DNA from: Tubiluchus corallicola
Taxonomy: Eukaryota; Animalia; Priapulida
Direction: 5' to 3'
NCBI GenBank assembly: GCA_030141605.1
Contig: JAQGDQ010000008.1
Location: 1,488,001 to 1,552,000 of the forward strand
Length of the DNA: 64,000 bases
In this document: positions 53,305 through 64,000 of the stretch, one piece after another
How positions within the stretch are numbered: the first letter of the stretch is position 1
How the letters are laid out: the number at the start of each line of letters is the position of its first letter
Program-made: the position numbers and the translations under genes
The notes under the pieces: generated by a model
Database searches by the model: none
Seen by the model: the letters and a program-made list of their open reading frames with translations, nothing else
Told to the model about the DNA's origin: nothing

Positions 53305-56300
53305 CTGTAATCATAGAACAATCTACGTTATCCGGTAGATTTGCCATCTACTCTTGAAAAAGAAAAAATGTCCCTGATACCTTTTAATACTTTCTTTTAT
53401 TGTGCTTGGCATGATTTACTGTTTTACAAAGTTAGATAAAAGAGGTGAAGATATAAAAAGTTCGTCAGGCAAACAAACCAGCGAACGAACTGACGGACGG
53501 ACGGACGAACGAACGGACAACTAAACATACAAACATCGAAACAAACAAACAAACAAACCGACCGACCGATTGAATAACCAACCATCCAACCAACCAAGTA
53601 AACAAGCAAAGAAGCAAACAAACAAACAAGCAAACAAACGAACGGATCGACCGACCGACTAACCAACCAACGAACTAAGCAAACAAACAAACAAACATAC
53701 ACGTAAACAAACAAACAAACAAACAAGCAAAAAACGAACAAAATATGATACCGACTCTTGATGTATATTAATCTTATTATCATGGTACTTCGTCTTGCTC
53801 AACACTTGACCGACTTCCTGGATCAGAACAAGACCAGTGCCATATTCCTTGTGTTTATTTGTTTCACTTGTTTATTTTTTAATGATTCCCATTTACGTTT
53901 GTATTTCTGTAACGTCTTTTTGAAATTCGCTATGCTAGTGCCATGCTATTAGCCCCCATTTGTTTGCACTTAAATTGATGGTTAAAACAGCACATTGGCA
54001 ACATTAGTTGCTGAAGTACTCAGTAAAGCTTAACACCCTAGGCCTACTAAACAAATATCTTTGAATTTTGTAGCTGCACAATAACAAACAAAACAAAAGA
54101 TACATTTTGATACCTCTAAAGATGCCAACATATGAGTTTCTGGAGGGAGGGTTATTGCAGCTTCCATATGATACATTTGCTTCGGATCGTGTATGTACAC
54201 CCAAAATCCGCGATCAGCTCTCCTGCAGAAAACAATCCATGTTTGTTAACATTATTTTATTGTAAAACATTGTATTGTAAAGTAAGTACATTTACTGACC
54301 TTTTCTCAAACCGCTACATTTTTAAACGCCATTAACCTACTGTAGATTTGCGCAATGTCATGCGTTCCCTGACTTTATAAACTGACTTGCATTCAACCTG
54401 TGTATCTGCTTTGGGTTTGACCCTTTAATGTCACTACTGGACTGGTGGTCAAGTTCTCAACTGCATAGACCTTGAGGTTATTATTATTTATTTTACGTTT
54501 ATTTTACTACATAAAAAGTACCATAGAATAATAAACAAAGCTTAGTTAAAAACACAATTAAAAATATTACTACAAGACAAATAAAATAAATATTTTCACA
54601 AAGAACAGAGAAATAGTACGCTAAATATGTAAAAACAGGTTAGTAAGTGTATTTTCCCAATTGGCAAAAATATTTAAAGTTAAAATCAGTATTAAGAATA
54701 AAACTGCGTATGACTTCATTGCTTAAATTTAAACTCGCTGCCGAAGGCTAAAGTATTTTTGCATAAAATGACTTTAAAATAGTTATAGCCATTTTTGGCG
54801 CATATTCTAGATGCTGTGGTATCCCTACGGTAAGCAAAAAACTTCGCCACTGCAAAATAGTAGGTTAGATAAGTTAGTGAGTTTTTATCATATATCACAT
54901 TTCATGCTAGTTGCCTAGATCATTTTTCTATTCATATATCTAGTTAGTTTAGATTCCCATTTCGTTAACGATTTTTTGTCACTAAGTTCTGCACAATTTA
55001 TACCTCCATCGAGTAACGTAACACTGTGGGTCTGTGGCATGATGGGGCAACAAACAGTTGAACATTCATTACTATACCGAAGCCTTGTAAGTCAAAGGCT
55101 AAACTTCAGAAGAGAATTAACAGATGGCATTATTTCCGACATCTACATTCTAAGACGGAAATCTTTAATTGACCCCTTTGTAAAGATTGTGGTAGAAAAT
55201 TTTATTATTAGTGAGACATGTTCTAATATTGACATATCAACTAAATGTTTAATTGATATACAAAATTTAATTCATTTTATTCCGCACGAAAATTTTCAAT
55301 CATATAGCTCATATACAAACAAGTCATAGATGTGCTCACATGCAAATATTCTTTATAGCAACTACGATAAATATTAGCTAAGGTTAACTAGCGATATGGC
55401 ATATTGCGCGATAATTTTAATAGTGGCAAATGTTATAATGTTTGACAATCTTAGTAATGTCGTATTTGCTGCACATATATTAAACATTGTGCAATTAATA
55501 CATCAACTTTAAGCGTACCTACTTATAATTAAGTTAAACTTTGCCTGCAACTAGAGGCCCCTTTATGTAAATATGTATTTTAAAAAAAAAGACTAATCAT
55601 CATGATCTTACATGGACCGCTTCTTCTCGTCTGATTAATCGTTAATGTGATTAATTAATTATGAACAAGTTGTTAAACAGTCTGTCCATTCGAACCGTCC
55701 TGGGCTCAATGGCACTTGTCGACGAGAAGGCCCATGACGCAAAATATATACAACCGTAAATATTTTAACTACATAAATAGATACGATGATACTCAATTTT
55801 ACATAGGCGACCTGCAGTGATGAATTACGAAGTTAACCTACTTTATAAATTCTGTAGAGTCGTTGTAGTCTTCACGTGACTGGTATTCGGACTCTTCTAC
55901 ATTAAGATTCAAAATTATACCTCCTATGGCATCATCAATAGTCAGACTCCTCAAAGTGTAGTTATCGTGAATCGAAGTCCAGTTAGGATTCAGCGTAAAA
56001 CAGTTCCCGTATTTCGACGTGCTTGAAACTAGAAACTTCTCTTTGATATCGATGGTCTTTTGCTCGAAGATATTTAAACCTGGCAAGTAGCATTGTTCGA
56101 TGGTGTCCAGTAGCTGATGACCAAGATCAGTTCTTTGTGTCTCATTTACTAAAGAATAAATTTTTGAAGCCGTTTCCTTCGACACAGGACCATCCTGGTG
56201 TAAACCAAGATCCCAACCCAGCTGCTTCAGTTTCCAATTTTTGAATTTATTCTTATTGCAAACTGTTACAGCAGGTAAAGGAACCGAAGAAAAGATGGCG

Positions 56301-56584
56301 GCGGTTGCTCTTGTCTCTATTGGAGCAGAAGCGTACTTTTCCACCTGTTGTCCACTTTGGTAAAGAAAAATGAAAATAGCAGTTACAACTAGAGCGGCCC
56401 AAACGATTTTTCTTGCTTTGGTTTTTGACCTCTTAATGTTTGCAACACCGTGCATGGTTGTCGTCTCAGCCAAGTTGCTGAATCGTGCAGTTATGGATGT
56501 ATCGCTGGAGCCTCTTTCTGTAGATTCCAGAGAAATAGCGCTTACACTGTAGAGTTCGGTGGTTCGTTCTTTTGCGCTTGTCAT
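52564..56584 (-). CDS. DEG/ENaC (ASIC/degenerin/pickpocket-like) amiloride-sensitive-family channel subunit, 530 aa, 3 exons
   Basis: Exons 56584-55842, 54222-54114 and 53304-52564 are GT-AG with phases 2 and 0 and total 1593 nt. Motifs: pre-TM1 HG (TTMHGVANI), TM1, PAVTVCNKN, GHQL..C, YGNCFTLN, GFWVYIHDP, 10-Cys thumb, TM2 GDIGGLLGLYIGLSVLTVYEVAEF with a G-x-S filter. Confidence 0.92.
54114..54222 (-). CDS. DEG/ENaC exon 2
   Basis: ttctgcag acceptor; RADRGFWVYIHDPKQMYHMEAAITLPPETHMLASLE; donor gtatca. Confidence 0.85.
54930..55330 (+). mobile_element. 3' LINE (CR1-like) fragment in DEG/ENaC intron 1, antisense to the gene
   Basis: QQTVEHSLLY..IQNLIH resembles the C-terminal region of the LINE at 24841-25134. 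Confidence 0.45.
55842..56584 (-). CDS. DEG/ENaC exon 1
   Basis: 248-aa ORF with HG motif, TM1 and GNCFTLN; donor AA|gtaggt. Confidence 0.9.
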
Positions 56585-58143
56585 TTTTCCCGAAATTCAA
56601 GCAAATACTTATCGCAAAAGCACAGGGAGCTTGATCATTCTGCCCTTATAGGTCTTTATGATCCTATTTCACTAGCTGTGATTACGTTGTTTTGTTCATA
56701 GTTTGACTGAGATGTAAAATTACACTGCTGTTTTTACACAGTTCAAACGTGTACAGAACTAATGACCACGGAGCGCACAACTGTCATTCGAGAAAAGCCA
56801 CATGAATTTATAATGAGTGGTAGTTTAATGAGGCTTGTCGTGGAGGCTGAGTTGCAATATTTATCAGCCTATGAATATTAAATTTTCAGTAAAAACATGG
56901 ACAAATTTGCAAAACTATAAATACAAGTTTGTGCGGGTACTATTCTCTCCTGTAGTTTGTGCGGGTACTATTCTCTCCTGTAGTTCAGTAGTCCTTTGCA
57001 GTTTACATAATTATATAATTGCAATTAATGAATCAATGGGAGATTATTTTGCACAAGTTTATTGTATCAATAATGTTGATAATCTTTGAAATGACATGAG
57101 CTTCCTGTGCCTGTAGTACACATGCGAAAATTCAATGGTGCATTTTTGAAAAAGCATTTGCAACAGCATACCGGAAGACGAAAATTAATATCGTAATGAA
57201 ACTCGTAAAAATTGACAGTGACATTGAAGTAGTAAAGTGTAAATAAGCCGGTACAACGGCCACTGAGAGTGTCATACTTTTATTGAGTGTGCCAATAATC
57301 ACTTGACGATGTCACAGGAACAATGATGAAACAGTCCAAGTAGATGTCGCTAGTCATCAATAAAACCATGAAAATCATAGTGGCACTCGTGGCCATTCAA
57401 GCTTGTTTTATGTCTGCTGAAAGTAAGATTTCCAAATGACAAAACTACTAAATTAATGGTTAAACACTGCCAAACAATGCACTTTGCTCAATTTTTGTAA
57501 TGCGCCGTATTATTCTTGACAAGTTACATAGCGAAATTTGGCTTTATTCTTATAATCATTTAATAACGTGCCAAACTGTCATGTTACACGCATCTAATCA
57601 CGATTGCCACTAGTCAGTGCTGTCTAATGAAAAGAGAAAGAAGCAAAGGTTTGTAATGAAAATAGTACACCTCAATAAAGCTAGGACAAAATGCTGACGC
57701 GTGATTTGTCAGAATGTGTTAATTAAGTGTGAATGCACAACAAACTGGCAAGGAACGTTCACTTTCTACAGTTTTTTTGTAACATTCAAGCGTTAAGCAA
57801 TTGGACTTCCAAAAACATAAAAAATCGAGCAGATGAATAAAGGTAGCAATAAAATGACTGTAACGAAAACGTGGCATATTATAATTTCATAATGCAGATT
57901 TAAGCTATTTTATTCAATCGAGCGTTGAATGCTTGGCCATATGATTTCATTTAGGTTAGTTGGTTTCCCTAATTGCTTTACAATTTCAAGCTAACATTTG
58001 ATGCGTTGGGGCTCGGGAATAACACTCACTTTAAAAGGAAATACGTTTTAGGAAATTCCGCTTACATTTTCAGAGGTTTACTTTATGTTAAAAGGACTGT
58101 AGACCAATTTAGCATATTGTAAGGACATCATGGCTGACAACTT

Positions 58144-58300
58144 TTGTGTGTGCCACAGAACAAATTCTACAAACCCAGAACCAGACAGAATGTAAGGAAG
58201 TACACCTTCAGCAATCGAGTAGTCAACAGCTGGAATGGTATGCGCAGCAAAACTACGTCAAAGTCGTTAAATGAAGTCAAAAGAAATTTCGAATCTAACA
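58144..58300 (+). mobile_element. Short CR1-like 3' fragment
   Basis: KPRTRQNVRKYTFSNRVVNSWN is a typical CR1 ORF2 C-terminal motif. Confidence 0.6.
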
Positions 58301-58978
58301 GGAGTCACAAAAAACTGTACCGTGTACCATACGGATCTACCTCTAGCTTTAAACCTTGGAAATGGATATAGCGTATAAGAAGATTCTGCTGGTTTTCTAT
58401 AGCACGTTGAAATGTGTTTTACTGTTCGACTCTAAGTTCTTGAAACACACTAAAAGAATTCTATGTAGTTTGATTTGCCTCGTACCTACAATGGACTAAG
58501 AAATATTACTGTACATCGCAAAAACGTTAAATTAAGGAAATTTGCTTTGACGAAATAGATTCACTACCTCTCTACATAGACCACAAAGAACTGTACTTCG
58601 TTGAAAATTATATTTAAAATTGGGAAAAATCTGCTTACATTTGCCGAAGGAATAGCTTGACATTGGTCTGCAATCTGTACTAACTTGGTGCACAAGATAG
58701 GTCGTAATTGTGAAACAAAAATGCTTCTGTGGAAGATACATAAACAAGTAAAGATGCAGATAAAAGCGTAAACGTTCACCAAGATTTAAACCATGGGAGC
58801 CATATAAAAAGAAAGATAAGAATTATACTGTAACGTCTATTGTCTATAGATGTATCCTAACTTAGATGAGTTGAACACTTTCACTATTCTTGTCCAACAC
58901 ACGTCATACCTGCCAAGAAAATATGCAACAAAATCACTTTGATTTCTGAAAATGATAATTTCGTTTTTATTTGTAGAA

Positions 58979-59217
58979 ATGGAACTGACAACACGGCATT
59001 ATCTGCTCCTCGGATTCGTGTTAACTGCAATATTAGCCATAACAGCAGCATTAGACATATCAGGAGATGAGTTCTTTACTAATAGGGAGACTCGAGCAAG
59101 GTTGAAATTGAGGGAAAAGTGTAGTCAATATACGACAGAAGAACTTGGATTGTTGGACAGAGTGTGCGAAGATTGTCATGTGATGTTTCGGTTACCTAAT
59201 CTTCACAGCAAATGCCG
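58979..59217 (+). CDS. CHH/ITP-like coding exon 1
   Basis: ttgtag acceptor at 58976, ATG at 58979, donor CG|gtaaga. Confidence 0.88.
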
Positions 59218-59313
59218 GTAAGATTAATCTTGATAAGTTAGTAGAGGAAACAATGGAAGAGTGAGGGTAAAGAAAGAGGGTGAGAGAGAGAGAGTGGGAG
59301 GAGAAAGAGAGAC

Positions 59314-59396
<83 letters not shown>

Positions 59397-61343
59397 GAAA
59401 AGTGAAATCTCGCCACCTACGGCAGTTAGCTAGAGATGCTCTACAGCCCTTCTTGAAATTCACATTGAGACCTTTGATGTTATAGTCGATAATGATGAAG
59501 ATAATTAAGTTTTCCATTAATTACTTAACAAAGATAATACATTAACCGTTCATGTACACAAATGAATCTGACACTCTCGTGTACATTGTCTATTGTGTCA
59601 ACATGAAGCTTTGCATACAGGAGACGAGATATGCTTAATGGGTGGTTGTCACAAATACTAATTCGTCGTAGGAAGCTTAGAATCCATTAAGCTACTCCCA
59701 TGTGAGGAAAAACACACGTGAATATGCTGAATACAATATGTTTTACCAGTAGACAAATAATTCTGCTGAACGCATCATTACATCCGGGATAAAAAGTCAG
59801 AGTCATATGTTGTTCTAGTCATTTTTTATAATGTGGAGGTCTTATGTTGCGTTTGCGTCAGTCACATACAAATACGTTTTGTATTAAACTGCAAAACAAC
59901 TTTCTGATCTTATTTGCAAAAAGTTTTCCTACCTAATTTGTTACTATTATCGTGCTTCTGATATGTAAATTTTTAATACTTTTGAGTTTCGCTGTGACCC
60001 ATATTTTTCATACTCAAACAGAACAACTATGCTACTCTGAATCTGATGCATATGAGATACACGTAATATAATAGCTTAGACGCAGGTCTAAATTAGTTCT
60101 TATTCGAGAGTTACTAAACGGATTCAGCTTCAGAATGTTCAATTGTCATAAAAACAAATTCTCACTTTCGGTTGCTAATTGTAAATTGTATACATATTAA
60201 AACATGTAAATTTGCGTGAGAGTGATAATTTGATAAAATGTTGTTTTAAAAAGCTGTCGTTATGAAAAAATATTTTCTATAGCAGCCATTTATGCAAAAA
60301 TGAAGCCAAACTGCTAAAGTGTAATAATTTTCTCAAAAAAGCTATTTCAAGTGTTGATTACACAACATGAACAAATACTAGGAGTAGAGAACATTTGTTT
60401 GCGAAAACAGTTTGTATTCAGCCGCGTGTGTCCGTTTACCTGCCTTCTATGGGTTTTTGCCAGCACAATAAAATCTACAAGTTATAATCACCAAAAGTGG
60501 AACATAGGTAGGCTAGGTTTGGAAGCTAGCACAAGGACAGGCTTGTACAAAAGCTGGAAACCCATTGATTTTGTTGAACTAGTTCTCAGCGGCGATAATT
60601 ATTTAGCGAGAATTAATTGTTGCGTAAATTGAAAATGTCAATACGAATATTATAAACCCCAAATACCCTTCACAGTTCTCGCGCAAGCGATTAATTAAAA
60701 TGAAGGCTTGCAAGTGGTAAACAATTATTCCTGGCGTAATTATAATTTGTATAACGATCATCAGAGCTAAGGTGCATAAATTATAAATACGAGCAATTTT
60801 TTATATCTTTAACAGAAGAAAACTGTTCAGCAGCACCGTAAGTTCCCCTTTCTGTTGAACTGAATAATAACTGATTTAAGAATGGTCTTTCTGTAAGCGT
60901 CGCTTAGCTGGATGGCTTCTCTCATGCATTCTATATGTGTTATTTATATATCACAGTTAAATATTTATAATTTGTGCGGTACAGATAAATGTGAAGGGAA
61001 TGTATAAGTCATTTGTTTCAGAATCATTTGTAAGTAAACAAACAAACAAACGAACGAACGACCGACTGACCGAAAGAACAATCTATGAAACAAACAAAAA
61101 GACAAACAGGCAACAAATGAACAAAACAAGCAAAAAACAGACAAACATAGAAACATACATACAAACAAATTTTAAATTTCAGAAATTAAACTGTTTTTGC
61201 TTTCTAGGGCTGTGTGTTTCCACAACTATTATTTCAAAGGCTGTGCAATGGCGTTATACCAGGATCCCTTAGCAACAGTCGTAGAAAGGAGACACTACCA
61301 GCCTTCATACACGAGTCCAAATGCTGCCAGAAATGAACCATAA
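58979..61343 (+). CDS. CHH/MIH/ITP-superfamily neuropeptide precursor (ion transport peptide-like), 124 aa
   Basis: Exons 58979-59217 and 61208-61343. Signal peptide MELTTRHYLLLGFVLTAILAITAA. Six Cys in C-x14-C-x2-C-x12-C-x3-C-x8-C (KCSQYTTEELGLLDRVCEDCHVMFRLPNLHSKCR/AVCFHNYYFKGC). Family motif LDRVCEDC..FR, and the family-typical phase-2 intron in the codon after the 4th Cys. Confidence 0.9.
59280..59391. repeat. (GA)n microsatellite in the CHH/ITP intron
   Basis: Direct reading. Confidence 0.9.
61208..61343 (+). CDS. CHH/ITP-like terminal coding exon
   Basis: tttctag acceptor; AVCFHNYYFKGCAMALYQDPLATVVERRHYQPSYTSPNAARNEP then stop. Confidence 0.85.
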
Positions 61344-64000
61344 AACAAGCATAATCCTTAATAGAAAAAAACTGAGTTGTTTGTTACTACACTCTTAAAA
61401 TTAATTATTTCTCTCTGTTTTTTTGTTATTGCCAACGTAAGAAAAGGCTGATTTAGCACGACTTTTTGCGTAAAAATTTCCTTCCTTTTTTGCAAATTTT
61501 ATGCATAATGGGCTCTTTTGTTTCATTGTGTAGGTTTTGTCGACATTTGATAAGTTGTTACGAAAATGATTAATTAACTGTTGCAAGCCTAAAAATTTGG
61601 CATATATTTGTCTCGGAGTTTTATTTTCTCACATGTTTGTAAACTGGAAATTTAATTAGAGAAAGTGAAAAGGTGTAATTAATTGCTGTGAACTGTAGCG
61701 ATATGGCATGGTGTAATGTAGTTTAAATGTAATGTAAAGTGCAATGTAATGCAATCTAGGATTCATTGGATGAACTGGCGGTAAGTAGGTTGCATCAGTG
61801 CTTGTTAGGGTTTATCGGATGAATTGTATCTTGCAAATACGGTCATTTATAGTCAGTATGGATTTTAGTATGGAATATTTGCCGTCACCAAGAAGCGTTT
61901 TTCTTAACAGACAGTAAATATATCAAATGGCGCAAAAAATCTGCCGAAGTTTCGATTAGGATAATGCCTCTATAATCAACAAGAAAAAAATAAAAGCCAG
62001 ATTTTTTTGGTCACTACTGTTAAAGTCCTCTATGTGTTCACGACAAACTAGACGAAGGCGTTTCTTCACTTCTTTAAAGGGAATTTCATCCCAGCACTCA
62101 GCAATTTTTGGGTTTAATTATTTTACATCAAATGGCTCTGTGCGGAAATTTTCACTTATACCGTAACCCAGAGGGTTAAGTCCCATTTTTTCTTCGCAAC
62201 AAATATTTATCAGTGCTTCATTTTCTCTGGTGAAGACTCTAATGGAAAACTGTTTATTTCTTTATTATTTTGCTACCATTTATTGAGTACTTTATACGTC
62301 AACGCAACAATTTTTCAGCTGATGATTATATCAGATATTGTTTTTGCATCTAATTTTTGACATGCAAAGTTTTGACTTAAAAACCTATAACTAGTTAATT
62401 TTACAGTGAAAAGTTAATATACTGTAATATTAATGGCGCTGTGAAAATTGAACTTTGTAGGCTACTTGCTTATAATATTATTCTAGCCTCAATTTCAGTA
62501 CGTTTTCTGCGGCACCTTTCGTTACATTAACTTGCAAACGCAAATTTTTGTACAAAATTGGCAGCTGTTCGTTATACACACACACACACATGCACGCACG
62601 CACGCGCGCGCACACACACACACACAGACACACGCACGCACGTACACAAAGAAAGATAAACTATTTGTCTTATAGGGCTAAAATAACCAATAACATACAT
62701 CGTGGATAATTTCATCATTTTCGCCAGTATACTTATTACAAAATAAATATAACTTTCAGCTGGGTATTTATTAAAAACAGGTACCATTTTACTCTTGGAA
62801 AACACTATAACTTAGGTACCATGTAACACATTTAGTTCTAGAAGTGCTTGATGATAACGGACTTTGAAAGGCGGTGACAAATTTTAACCAAAATCTCAAC
62901 TGGGTAAATTTTGGAGAATTTGAGTAAAATCTCAACTGTCAACAAAATGTTTTGATTTCTCTAACAATTGTTTCGTTCACCAGAGACAAGCTTTTTACCA
63001 AGAAGTTGAAAGCCCATATTTTGTATTTGTACTACATGCTATAATGGTGGAAAACCAAAACTCGGAAAGGTCATGTCTAAAAATTAGATGAAAACGACAC
63101 ACGCACGACTTTTGTTGGAAGTAAAAAGTTGGTTGACAAAAGCCCGAATACCATCGCGTTTTTAACAAGGAAACTTGGGCTACAAACCCGTTACCATGTC
63201 AGCGCCCGTTGTTGCAAACAATTCATTGTACATCATTTTCCACAAATGTCAAGAAAATTCTGCCTAGACTGTTTTCGTCAGTAATAGTAATAATCACAGA
63301 CAATTGTTTGAACATTCTCTCAGTTTAGCGTAATTTCTACACACGTTTATAAAACGCCAGTCTGACTTAGCTACATCCCAATTGTTGCGTCTCCACTGAT
63401 GTGAACTTGAAATTTTAACACTCCATGTTCAGCAGGATACGCACAATGGCATAACGGCTAAGCGATGACGGCAATTATTCGCATGTGTCGGAGGCTTAAT
63501 GTGTGTAGGTTCAATCAACAGATGAAAATACAATGACTTAACTAGATCATTAGCGTACGAACTGACTCACACATAACTTACTCTTGACTCAAGGAACAAT
63601 TCAAGTACATGTATAATTGTTGAACCATGAAATTTTATTGTCATTAAATTAAGTAAATGACTAGGAGTATAACGAGTTCAAAATTGCGACGTGACAGCAA
63701 CTTTTGTCAAAATTCTATGTTGCAGTGCAACCAATTCAATAATTAATTTCGTATTGATTTAATCAAATTTAGTTGCAATTTATTTTGTGAAATTGTGCTG
63801 TTTTTTAATTCATGCTTTATAAAGCTATTTGTTTTGAGCGAGCCACGTTATAATCTCAGAATCACACCACGTAAATTAATTACTACTAGTCACTTCTAAT
63901 TAATTATGCGCAGTTATGTTAATATGCTAATTTATAATACAGTGTAAATTTATGGGTTTTGAATGAACTTGGAATTACATACTTGTGTAAAACAGTCGTC

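Noticed and set aside
55812-55841. 30-nt GT-AG mini-intron after DEG/ENaC exon 1
   Set aside because: It leads to a stop within three codons, whereas the exon at 54222 supplies the expected conserved motif.
56926-56985. 28-bp tandem duplication between the channel and peptide genes as a regulatory element
   Set aside because: The duplication is real but has no recognisable motif; simple slippage explains it.

Overview
AT-rich (roughly one-third GC by eye), repeat-rich, intron-containing animal DNA. It is most likely from an ecdysozoan invertebrate, because it encodes a CHH/ITP-family neuropeptide and a cuticlin/dusky-type ZP protein. Three spliced genes could be rebuilt by hand with GT-AG junctions and consistent phases: (1) a 10-coding-exon, 704-aa ZP-domain membrane protein (+, 9699-19369); (2) a 3-exon, 530-aa DEG/ENaC (ASIC/pickpocket-like) channel subunit (-, 56584-52564); (3) a 2-coding-exon, 124-aa CHH/MIH/ITP-superfamily precursor (+, 58979-61343) oriented head-to-head with the channel, with the ATGs 2.4 kb apart. 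The rest is decayed non-LTR retrotransposons, TTAA-flanked (Kolobok-like) and other MITE-type DNA elements, minisatellites and very long microsatellites. The main leads are the divergent channel/peptide pair, a candidate 22-nt micro-exon that would shift the peptide's last exon into a second Cys-containing frame, an unpaired extracellular cysteine in the channel, a 5.7-kb TTAA-flanked inverted-repeat element carrying a LINE and a telomere-like array, and a long intronic hairpin in the ZP gene. All gene models are manual predictions with no transcript or database support.
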